Positions 12,181-21,604 of a stretch of DNA of 27,500 bases are shown piece by piece (positions within the stretch are counted from its first letter, which is position 1; each line of letters begins with the position of its first letter). The notes under the pieces are model-generated. The model saw only the letters and a program-made list of their open reading frames with translations. It was not told the origin of the DNA and did no database searches. This DNA is from Anthoceros angustus (lineage: Eukaryota > Plantae > Anthocerotophyta). The DNA lies in assembly GCA_010909165.1 (NCBI GenBank), contig MU008232.1, positions 1 through 27,500 of the forward strand. Reading direction: 5' to 3'. The position numbers and the translations under genes were made by a program.

Positions 12181-12800
12181 AATGATGTCATTCATGCTCG
12201 AGATGCGGGATATGCGAGGTTTTGTGAGGAAGAGGAGTTACTCTTTGCTTGTGATGGATGTCCACGTGGATTCGAGAAGGGCCCAAAGGATGGAAGGTTT
12301 GATATTTGGCAAGTTGGTAATGTTTTGCATTCCTTCCATGACTTGGTGAATCGCGATTCGGGATGATCATAATGCATGGTGTGGAAGATTCACATATTGT
12401 GGAGCCTGCGGAAGTGGTGCGGAGGGTGGTCTTGTTTCATTTGTGTGGGACAAGACAAATGTCAACAACGACAAGGGTGGGTTTGATACGGTGGAGTATG
12501 TCACCGCGTCGGGTGAAAGAAAAGCTCCGAGTTGCAGTACATCATGTTACCTAATGTTTTGCAGGCACTTTCAATAATGGTCGGTCGGTGATTGCCCACC
12601 ATACGGTTGTGAAAAAGTTGGTTTATCATTCACTTGACAAACTTGTTGTGTCCCTACCGTGCCTTTAGGTTTGATGATGAAGCTTATCAAGACATTCTCC
12701 AAGGAAGGACTGGATATTGGATGCATGTCGGTAGTGGGTCATCTTTAATGTGCCTTGTTGTCGGCCATTGTATTTCTATCGAGGCGGACAAGAGGTGTCT
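12181..12800 (+). CDS. Beta-class N4-cytosine/N6-adenine DNA methyltransferase domain (N6_N4_Mtase-like; frameshifted)
   Basis: In beta order: VIHARDA (12187-), motif IV-like MDV(P)xGF (12254-12273, indel-damaged), I(I)M.WC strand, LVSFVWDKTNVNN...VEYV (12440-12502), RSVIAHHTVVKKLVYH, CPY(QK)PLGLMMKLIKTFSKEG(D)WILDAC(x)GSGSSLM (12650-12750), GHCISIEADKR (-12795). Confidence 0.8.
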
Positions 12801-13474
12801 AATTCATTCCAGCGTGTACATGGATATGAAGTCACGGATGCGGAGGAGGCGACACATGAGCCGCATCGTCGTGGTCCATCTCAATTACAGGCCAAGGAGG
12901 TTTGCGTCGTGAGAAGGATATTGGGAAGGCTCAAATTGTGCCTCTAGGGTCGGGCGAATGAAAGAAGGGGAGACCACGATGAGGGCAAGACACTAGAGGC
13001 ATATGGCACACCTCACGGACGGGAAGGAAGACGCAGCGCGATGATGATTGACTCTTTGAGAGACGGATGAAGCGTCGAGAAAGCGTCACCGTAGTTCACG
13101 ATAGTGAAGCCGGTTTTGTGTGCGGTTGAATCTTGAGACCAACTTCCTTAGGTGGCTAGAACGTTTTCTTCTTTACTGCTGTATATCGTATGGGCCGTTG
13201 TCTTTGGAGTGGATGACACGGATCTTCTAGTAGCAAGTTGTTCGTCGCCATGAGGCCGTTTTGAATACATCCGGACGCACTCTACTTATAATCGAGCATT
13301 GCCGCTTGTCCGCAAGCATCCGCACCTTGGCACCTTCATTGCACCCTTTGACACGAAATTCAAATCTCAATCACAATGATTGCTTGCGGCGCATGTGCCA
13401 AGAGACGTGTTTGGAGTGAATTAGTAATCGATGAAAAGTACCAAGCGGCGGTAATTTTTTCCATAACCGCGACA

Positions 13475-13494
13475 TTATTCCGCGTTATGAATAT
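13475..13494 (-). repeat. Right degenerate (sub)terminal inverted repeat of the insert
   Basis: TTATTCCGCGTTATGAATAT, partner of 3909-3929. Confidence 0.45.
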
Positions 13495-13501
13495 GAATAT
13501 T

Positions 13502-14671
13502 ATCAGACAGAGCAAGAAAGATCCATCCAAAGAAGGGTAACTTAATCAACCGTCCTTTGACACCAGAGTGCCTCTAGAGTCACCGACATAAGCTGGGAAG
13601 GATCACCGAAGGTTGAGAATTGATCTCGATCAAGTGCGGCATGAAGGTTGCTCAGTCTACAAACCAACGAAGAGCTTTTCTAGACGGCAAGTGAGCAAAC
13701 TAAGTAGTCGTGATCGCGCTTCGAGGCTGTGATTGCTGAGACCCAGAGCTCTTGAAGTCCTTGGATGCCAAATGGGCTTCAGATTTGGGCTCTCGCTTTG
13801 GATCACCTGCCTTCTTTTTTTCGATGGCTCCCAAAGGGCTGTAGATGCCACACTGGGCCAGCATTCACAGGCTTGGTCGGAGAAGCGTAAGAGTTGGCAA
13901 ATCGACCAGTTGTTGCTGTTGCTTCTTTCCTCTTTCCTTCCCCTTCCAAGGTCCTTTTGCTTTAGCATAGAGGGCCTTTTCGCCCCTGAGGGGAGTAGTG
14001 CCTGATCTGTGGCGACTCTGTTCTTCTTGCAGAAGAGAGCCCACCACCTCATTCAAGCTTATCATCGAAGGACGTCCAGCAGCCACAGCCTTGTAGGAGT
14101 CTCTCAAGATGGAATTTTGGCTAGACACAAAGTTTTGGTAAGATGGAGGCAAGCTAGACAGTAGTTGAGCAGTCACATCCAATTCGGTCATCGTACTGCC
14201 TAGTGCGGCTAACTGAGCCCGTAGGTAACGCAACCGAGTGACATGAGCTCCAACAGAGTCTCCTTCCTTCAATCTTAGTCCAAAGAAATCATTCCTAGCA
14301 GTGACCAATGTGAGAATGTTCTGAACTTGGTAAGTTTCCTTGAGCTGACTCCAAACTGCTGCAGCTGATCCCAGAAACTCGACTTCGGAGATGGTGACTT
14401 CATCAAGTCCTGACAAGAGGATGGCAAACGCGACCTTGTTCCCTTTATTCCATTTAGCTATTTCATCGTTAGTGCCTTTGGGATCAGCCTTGGAAGGATC
14501 AGGTAGGGAGCCATCCACATACTCCCACACGTCTCTTGCATCCAGGTTAGCTCTCATCCTTGCTTTCCAGCCTTCAAAACGTCCAGGTTTCCCATCGAAA
14601 CGATCTTTCTCTTTGAATTCACCAGAATAAGATGAGCCAATGACATATGACGTTCCAGATGGACCTGACAT
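13502..14671 (-). CDS. Copia A gag and protease N-half
   Basis: ORF 13865-14770 has a copia gag fold (KDRFDG...WKARMRANL..RDVW..V, F..LRLKEGDSV..HVTRL, LLSSLPPSY..FV, LLQEE). A garbled zinc knuckle lies near 13850, then WFVD(SG)ATFH near 13660 and YVGDSR..., ending at LALSD at 13502. Confidence 0.85.
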
Positions 14672-15049
14672 TGTGTTCTGTGATGGGGATACGAATTGCA
14701 GCCAGAAAAATGGATCTGACATGAAAAGTCTCCAGCCAGAACAGAAACTGGATCTTAAAAGGTGTGCCAAAGGAAGCCCCAGATGTGAAACAACACTACC
14801 AGGTACGTTAAATTGTTTTTATGAAACAAGAAAACTAGGAAACCCTAAATTCCATGTCACATGAAAGCTAACTGACAACGGTTGGTTGTGAGCGCATAGG
14901 CTAGCAACGAGAAGCCTGGTGCAGGGCGTGATCACTTGGACAGATCTCAACAGCACACAAACATCAAGCGATCGTCTGCGGGTCAATCCAAAGGGACCTC
15001 TCTCCTTAGAGGAGTCTTCTGTGTCGCTTCAAATCTGGATCATATGGAA

Positions 15050-15619
15050 TCACAACACTCCTCCACTCGATCTATCTCGAGTGGGGACGAGGGAGTCCAG
15101 ATACAAAGCAGCAAGAGGCTGTGTGGCTGACATAGGCATCGGGCACTGATGATCATTCAGCCTTGCAACGTCTTCAGCAACATCCTGTAGTTGGAGATGA
15201 AGACCTTCCACTTTGCGGATAATTTGCGCAAGACTGCAAGCTTGCTGAGATATATGTTTGATCACCAGCGCCTCTGTCTTTGCCAATCGTCGAATTAGAA
15301 TGTCAGCTAGTCTCCACCACTCCTCTTGTTGCTGATGGAAGAATTCTGAGTCTTCACTATCCTTGCTTGACCACACTGACTTTGTGTTTAGACGCGCAGA
15401 TGGGCGATATACACGGCGGCGCGTCGCTCAGGACGAATAAATTGACCAGAATCCATACACGCATCGGGAAGGTAGATTCCTATTGTCTGTAATGTTATTA
15501 TACAAAAGCCAAGACGACGACATGTGTGAAGATCGACTTAATGCGTGGTTGAATAGGCCACCGATGCCTATCAACGTGTTCACTGCCTCAAGATCTCCCA
15601 AAAAGATGTGGAGAAACAA
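15050..15619 (-). CDS. Extra ORF in the copia A leader (coiled-coil-like), one internal stop
   Basis: ORFs 15428-15619 and 15050-15376 share a frame, separated by one TGA. The 3' part has a heptad pattern (LAKTEALVIKHISQQACSLAQIIRKVEGLHLQLQDVAEDVARL). It lies between PBS and gag. Confidence 0.4.
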
Positions 15620-15792
15620 ACAAGCCTGTACTAGAATAGATTAGGAAATTGAGGACCTTTTAATCTGCCGCTAAATGTGTAAAGGGAACGATGCATTATG
15701 CATACCATCATGCACATGTATGCAGATATAAGAACGACGATGTGTGTGATGGAATTCATTTCCCCAGACAGATTAGCGGTAGATTGTAGTAA

Positions 15793-15804
15793 GCTCTGGT
15801 ACCA
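15793..15804 (-). promoter_or_regulatory. Primer-binding site (initiator Met tRNA type) of copia A
   Basis: Minus strand reads TGGTACCAGAGC, one mismatch to the canonical TGGTATCAGAGC, directly after the ...CA end of the LTR. Confidence 0.8.
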
Positions 15805-15967
15805 TGATTGCGGAAGCAGGAGCACAAGCGACTAGACACTCGTGTGCTAAACTGATTAATTAAAACAAGCAAAGTCAAAAATGTTTATATACAAGTGTTA
15901 ACTAACTAACCCTTACGCTCCCTAACCGGAGGTAGGTTAATCATAGGTTAAACTATAAATCCCAACA
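15805..15967 (-). repeat. 5' LTR of copia A (~163 bp)
   Basis: Minus strand starts TGTTGGG and ends ...CAATCA, abutting the PBS, with an internal TATATAAA. No partner LTR in the window, so the boundaries rest on motifs only. Confidence 0.65.
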
Positions 15968-16187
15968 GTTCGTGGCCAATGATTACATAAGGAACATAAG
16001 GGCGTATTCTGAGAGGTAACTGGTTCCTTGTTCCTGTGATCCGCAGTAATAAAAGCTTTTGCCGCAATCGCCTGTGAGGTGGGCGATCGAGCAAACTACA
16101 CGGCCTTTCATAGGATGCGCTCGGGAAGGACGAAGCAAGCAACCGGTAAAAACCAAAGGGGACCTTGTTCGCAGGTGATCACGGACG

Positions 16188-16730
16188 ATGGGGTCTAGAT
16201 ACCGGTCTCGTAGGCTTTGCAAAAAGGAGGAAGAGGTTGAGATTCTGGAACATAGCAGTGGCAATCGGAGGAAGTGTCATCATTGTGGGAACTTCACCCG
16301 AGCTCCTCGCTGTCCGCAGTTCGAAGACAATGAACTTGCTGAAAAATGGACTCAGCAGTTCTCGCGCAAATATTTGCCTGAAAAGCCCATGGTGCCCTCT
16401 GGATATGAAGAGCTTACTCAGTTTTTGCTGTATGTGGAATCCCACCACATGAGGTGTTCGATAGAATATTATCCCACAGATCATCGGGATTTGTTTGAGC
16501 TGCAGCCAAGAGGGCACAAGAACCTACCATGGGTGTGGACATCTTATTGCGAGGGTGCATATCGCAAGATAGAAAATCATCTGTTCATGTACCAAGTGTT
16601 TGATGACTATCCTCTGTCAGCTCTGGTGATTTGGGGGCCTGATGAGTTTCCCAAGGACATGAAGTCCCTTCGAATGTGGTTCAACACTGCCACTGCAAAA
16701 GTGTGTATGTGTTTATCGACATTTCTATGA
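16188..16730 (+). CDS. Orphan 180-aa ORF with a zinc-knuckle-like motif
   Basis: Open 543 bp; RKCHHCGNFTRAPRC resembles a CxxC...C knuckle, followed by an aromatic-rich globular segment. No family recognised. Confidence 0.4.
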   Translation: MGSRYRSRRLCKKEEEVEILEHSSGNRRKCHHCGNFTRAPRCPQFEDNELAEKWTQQFSRKYLPEKPMVPSGYEELTQFLLYVESHHMRCSIEYYPTDHRDLFELQPRGHKNLPWVWTSYCEGAYRKIENHLFMYQVFDDYPLSALVIWGPDEFPKDMKSLRMWFNTATAKVCMCLSTFL

Positions 16731-17118
16731 TTTGCTGCAACTTCTACGACATGGCAATTTGGGATGGATCGATAAAACTATGCAGCGTTTACCACACTTC
16801 AACAAGCAAGCCAGATCATATGGGTCTCACCACGCCTCTCAACCTCACGGCACATCAGAAAGCTTGATTCGATAGGTGATGACAACAATGCTAGCTTTCG
16901 TTCTGCACGCTCATTACCTGGACAGATCAAACAGGAACCACAGTCTGAAGATGAGGAAAGTGACGCATATCGGAATTGAATTAACACGGAGCGCAGATCC
17001 GTGTTGGGAACCTTCTATCGCCGCTGGATGGGCAATTGGTGACAGGTTGTGGGGAATGCTGGTAAACAGATAGTGCCCAAAGTGGTGTTTAGACCTAGGA
17101 CCCCAACTTTGAGCGGGG

Positions 17119-17241
17119 GCCATTGCGGCGCTTATGCTCTTATTTATATCATAGAAATAGGTAAATAAAATGAAAAACATGATAGCGCTTTGGTTCAAGA
17201 TAAAATTGTTTTGTTAGAAAAAATAGGCATACCGGGCGCCA
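17119..17241 (+). repeat. Direct repeat copy 1 (~120 bp)
   Basis: GCTCTTATTTAYATCATAGAAATAGGTAAATAAAATGAAAAACATGATAGCG..TTGGTTCAAGATAAAATTG..TTGTTAGAAAAA is shared with 17709-17836. Confidence 0.9.
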
Positions 17242-17708
17242 CGGTACCGCGGTACCATAGAATGGAAGCATGTGACTTAGGATAATGTGGATAGGCATGT
17301 GCATGTGGATGTTAATAGGCATGCATGTTAATGTAATGCATGTTGATAAAGTCTACAAGCATGCATGTGACCGTATGGCGCCACATGGTAGCCGTGACAG
17401 TATGGGCATGGTGGGCAAGGCACGCAAGCCGTGATGCATATAAACGGCGGGTGGCGTGAAGTCAACGGAGAACAAGAATATTATGAAGACGCGCACATGC
17501 CGCATCTTCTCGGGATAGCAAAGACATTTATGGTGTGGAGGCGGAAGGCTGATAAAAAGGAATGAGCAATCCAAGGGACATGGATTGCTGATGTTTACGG
17601 GAGGAAACACCGAAAGAGGTGGATGTGCGTAGATAGACAGATCCCAAAAGCAGAAGAGCCTAGCTAGTGTGTGTGGGTGGTGTGCGAGTGAAGGAAACAA
17701 AGATTTTT

Positions 17709-17836
17709 GCCATTTGCGGCGTTTGCGGCTCTTATTTACATCATAGAAATAGGTAAATAAAATGAAAAACATGATAGCGTTTGGTTCAAGATAAAATTGC
17801 TTTGTTAGAAAAATGGCGCGGCCGCGTGGCGCCGAC
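17709..17836 (+). repeat. Direct repeat copy 2 (~125 bp), abutting truncated copia B
   Basis: Near-identical core to 17119-17241, offset ~590 bp. Confidence 0.9.
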
Positions 17837-18069
17837 ATAGGTCCGGACCATCTCCCCGCTATCGATATTGCTCAAGTTGTCAGGAATGACAGTCGAGTCT
17901 CAGATAGGTAAGGTCTAGTAACTCCATCTCAGAGTCTTCGACTTCTGCCTCGAGAGCATCCTGTGGATATTGTGAATCTGAAGTTTCTCCCTCGATGAGG
18001 TTAGAGTCTCCCTAAGAATCCAAATGTGATAGAAGTCCGTGTGCTACTGTTCGACAAAAGTAAATAACC

Positions 18070-18989
18070 AAGCAATACAACTGCTGGGTGGCAGGATTAT
18101 AAAGTTTGTAGGCCTTGACTTGTTCACTGTAGCCTACGAAAATAAGAGCTTGGGCTCTCGGATCCAGCTTCTTTCGCTTCTCCTCTGGGATGAGAGCAAA
18201 AGCTCGTGAACCAAAAACACGGAGATGGAGTAGGCTGGGTTTCCTGTTCCAGAAAGCTTCAAAAGGAGTTTTCTTAGGGACTGAATGAGTGAATAGCCTG
18301 TTGAGCACATATGTGGCTGTAACAATTGCTTCAGCCCAGTATCGTGGTGGAAGGCCAGCCCATAACAACATGCTGCGTGTCATAGAGAGTAAGGTCTGAT
18401 TCTTATGCTCTGCTACACCGTTCTGTTGCGGTGTATATGGTACAGTTAATTGTCTTTGGATGCCATGTTCCTGCAGTAGATTATCAAAGGCATGATTGAC
18501 AAATTCAGTGCCATTGTCTGTACGAAGCAACTTGAGAAGATGGCATGTTTGTCGTTGAACAGTCACAAGCCAATCACGAAATGTCTCAAAAGTATCACTT
18601 TTCTGTTGCATAGGATATGTCCAGGTATATCTTGAAAAATCGTCCGTTAGACAGAGATAGTAATGAGATCCTCCTACTGAGGGGACATGAAGCTTTCCTG
18701 AAATATCCGCGTGTACTAACTCAAGTACTTGTGTTGCTCGATAGGTGGCCAAGGACGGAAAAGGCTGCTGCTTTTGTTTGGCAACAATACATGCTTCACA
18801 GGATGGAAGGTCCTTAAAGCAGCGAGGTAATGGCTCGAGGTGACATTGCTGAAGAGACATGTCCACAAGTTTGTGCTTGTTCACATGTCCGAGCCGAGCA
18901 TGCCAAAGAACAGCCAATTTTTGTGTATCCTTGGAAACCAGACTTGCCTGATGGCGCATAGGAAATATGTCCAACTTGTACAAGTCATT
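18070..18989 (-). CDS. Copia B integrase copy 2 (complete HHCC, D-D35-E, SH3-like), in frame with copy 1
   Basis: Within ORF 18012-19448: NDLYKL...LWHARLGH...CEAC, HADISG (D ~18707), RTDNG (D ~18518), NGVAEHKN (E ~18410; D-35-E spacing), HLRVFGSRAF...YKLY. Confidence 0.92.
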
Positions 18990-19046
18990 ATCTGGAGCTG
19001 GGGTCACTCCCTCTGAAGGTAGGGGCTCTCCCATAGATGAATGTGG

Positions 19047-19900
19047 TTCCAAGAAGGTGACTCTTTGTGCCAGAACAATGGTATGTCGATGCTTGTCATA
19101 AAGTTTATAAGCTTTAACACTCTCGCTGTATCCTACGAAAATAAGACCTTGTGCCCTATTGTCTAACTTCCTCCTCTTTTCGGCAGGGATATATGCGAAA
19201 GCCCGAGAGCCGAAGACGCGGAAATGAAGAATGCTGGGCTTACGCTTCCAAAGCACCTCATAGGGGGTCTGCCCTTTTACAGAACTGGTAAGCACCCTGT
19301 TCAGTATGTAGGTGGCAGCCACCACTGCCTCTGCCCAGTATCCTTGGGGGAGTCCAGCCCAAAGCAACATGCTGCGAGTCATGCCGAGTAAAGTTTGATT
19401 TTTACGTTCGGCAACTCCATTATGTTGTGGTGTGTAGGGTACCCACACCGACGTTGAATTCCCGCATCGAGGAGGTAGGCATCAAACTATGCATTGATGA
19501 ACGGGCTACGCTCGAAACCATTTAACGGTCCAGCTTTGCACGCACTGTGGAGTCACCATGAACACCTGGAAAGTATCACTTTAGTCGCATGGGAAGGTCC
19601 ACGAGACTATACCGGTAAGAGTAAGGTAATACCGAGAACCTCCAAGCGATGGCTCATGAATCTTCCCAGAGGTGTCAGCATGTATTAGTTCTAACACATG
19701 ACTGGCCCTATGTGCAGGTGTGCTTGAAAATGGCTGTTCCTTCTGCTTAGCAAGTATACAGGCTTCACAAATCGGAAGGTCCTTGAAACATCTAGGTAAG
19801 GGTTCTCGATAACAGTCCTTTGCAGCCATACCAATAAGCTTTGCCCTATTGGCATGACCGAGCCTGGCATGCCAAAGGGAAGCTAACACTTTTGAATCTA
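19047..19900 (-). CDS. Copia B integrase copy 1 (HHCC, core, SH3-like)
   Basis: LWHARLGH..CEAC, ELIHADTSG (D at ~19676), garbled second-Asp region (~19510), VPYTPQHNGVAERKNQ (E at ~19409), HFRVFGSRAFAYIP...YKLY...TFLE. Confidence 0.8.
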
Positions 19901-20519
19901 GCCGACTGTCCTCGCTGATGTAGCCGTTGGAAACCTACAATGGATGTTAAGACTGTGATGCATCACCAGAATGCCTTTGAACACTAGCCAGCGGAACAAA
20001 GATAGTGTGGAAAGAGCGAAGTCGTGTCTCCAAACATGCCGTAAAGTTTCGTGACTCATCACCGCCAAGGACATGAGGTTCTTCGCCATTCGTGGAACAT
20101 ACAAAACATCTTCCATCAGTCGCCTTGTCATGTAACTCGAAAATGCATTTACCACGCCCTTCAATTCAAGGCTCTCACTCTTCTCGTCACCCAACAAAGA
20201 CCTTATCATGGATATGTGAGGTGTCCGTAGCAGAACAATTGTCCTCAGATATGTGGGCGCACTGAATCTGTACCAATTGTCCCTATCATGGAAGGAGTTG
20301 GAGAGACATACGCGGTAGATTTTGACTCCTTTGATGTTCTCTCGCAGATGAGGAAGAGTCGCTTGAGCTCTTGTCCCACAAAGAACACCGGTGGATGCCT
20401 TCATGGGGTTCACCGCCTTTTTACTAGCCTCGCCCAAGGACCTGCATGCCACACCGCTTGCCTGTCGCCTTCTTAGGAGTTGAGCCGATGATCCGTAATC
20501 ACCTTTGTTCGCCGGTCGC

Positions 20520-21305
20520 TTGCCCCTCCGCCTGTTAGGTTTAAACTTGGCCATTAATACTTTGTCTGCCTTTGGCTTAGAGCTTCCGGTAGAGAATGAT
20601 GGTCAGGCTCCTCCCCGATGCAAGGCAACCACCACATCTTCAATCGTGAGGGTGCTTATGCTCTACGGCCATGCACTGTCGTATACAAAGGTCCATTATA
20701 GACGACAAGCCGGAGGGATGTCGGCGCTTCAGAAATGACAACAAAGATGTTCCTCAAAGAATCTTACTAATGAAGCGAATGACGCAAGTGGCGGAATTAG
20801 TACAGTAAGGACCCACTTTCTCTCCCTCTTTCATTCTTAACGTATAATACTCTTGTCTAATAGCGCATTGTTGCATTATATTTGTGACCTGATAGGTCTT
20901 TTCTAACTGGTTCCATATCTCTATGCCCTTTGTGAGATACTCTATATCAGGGACAAGTATGGAATCCAGTCCATTAACCAAGACGGCTACAACAACTTGG
21001 TTATGTGCTTCCCACCTATCCTTATCAGCTTGATTGCCTGTGGCTGGATCAGGTTCAGCAAATGAACCACTGACCACACTCCAGACACCTCGTGCTATAA
21101 GGATGGCCTTGATTCGCACTCTCCATACAGGGTACTTAGTACCGTTAAACCGATCCTTCTCTTTCAAGTCTGATGTGAAAGATGGGTTTGACATATTTTG
21201 GTATGACTGTGCAACAGGGTTGATGGGATCTACTGGAGAAGAACTGGATGAGGAGTGGTGATGGATGTCACTATCCTCACTATCGTTGTAATCGAATCTG
21301 GACAT
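20520..21305 (-). CDS. Copia B gag
   Basis: ORF 20754-21305 has gag motifs and continues through frameshifts (LK..EDVVVAL, LINGQV.T.EA...). Confidence 0.8.
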
Positions 21306-21604
21306 GCAAACCAGCTAAGTCTCAACCCTAAAACTATGGTTTTGGGAAGACCAAAGAATGGTGTGCTGTCAAGCTTAAAACATGCATGTTATCTTAAGTA
21401 CAGCTAATGCAGACAATACGTGATAGGGGATTTTTAAGAAAAAGAGGAGGGGAGCATGAGAGGTAGTAGGTGGGCACCTACCTGATGAACAGCATGCTTC
21501 CTCCTTAATCTACCTTCCAAGAGACGTGTCTGTCCTGCAAAATTAACTTAGTGCACTTTCAAACATGAAACGTTACAGTTGAGTTCTTTTAGGGTTACTA
21601 ACCG

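Larger units (their letters stand above)
9200..13070 (+). pseudogene. Multi-exon cargo gene: unknown N-terminus, Pro-rich linker, ParB-like domain, N4C/N6A DNA methyltransferase
   Basis: Near-continuous plus-strand coding frames broken by 1-2-nt indels and GT..AG intron-like segments (e.g. ~9791-9855 with GCTAAC...TTGCATGTAG). The domains are listed separately. Gene ends are approximate. Confidence 0.6.
3894..13501. mobile_element. ~9.6-kb DNA transposon (DUF7869/Sola-like transposase) with cargo genes
   Basis: It splits the copia A protease at adjacent codons and is flanked by ATCA at 3890-3893 and 13502-13505. Degenerate inverted repeats lie near both ends, and it contains a DDD-type transposase. 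An alternative inner boundary is 3913-13490 with an ATAT duplication. Confidence 0.7.
740..15967 (-). mobile_element. Ty1/copia LTR retrotransposon A, interrupted by a 9.6-kb insert; 3' LTR absent
   Basis: Minus-strand order is LTR (15967-15805), PBS, leader, gag (14671-), PR N-half to 13502, [insert], PR C-half from 3893, IN, RT, RNase H to stop at 740. This is the copia PR-IN-RT-RH order. The PR halves join as ...GSFLALSD|VLFVPDMSKNLLS. Confidence 0.85.

Noticed and set aside
12200-12430. PHD finger (LLFACDGCPRGF ... CGACG)
   Set aside because: The Cys pattern depends on the frameshifted reading and lacks the H..C ligands. The same bases fit MTase motif IV and the following strands, consistent with the downstream W.K, KP and GSG motifs.
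12890-12960. Chromodomain-like EVCVVRRILG
   Set aside because: The aromatic-cage residues and the VKW motif are not found.
3894-13501. Helitron interpretation of the insert
   Set aside because: There is no RepHel coding sequence, the ends do not fit A|TC...CTRR|T, and short target duplications are present.
17828-17837. TGGCGCCGAC as a gypsy-type PBS
   Set aside because: No LTR pair or gypsy ORF supports it, and TGGCGCC recurs nearby within GC palindromes.
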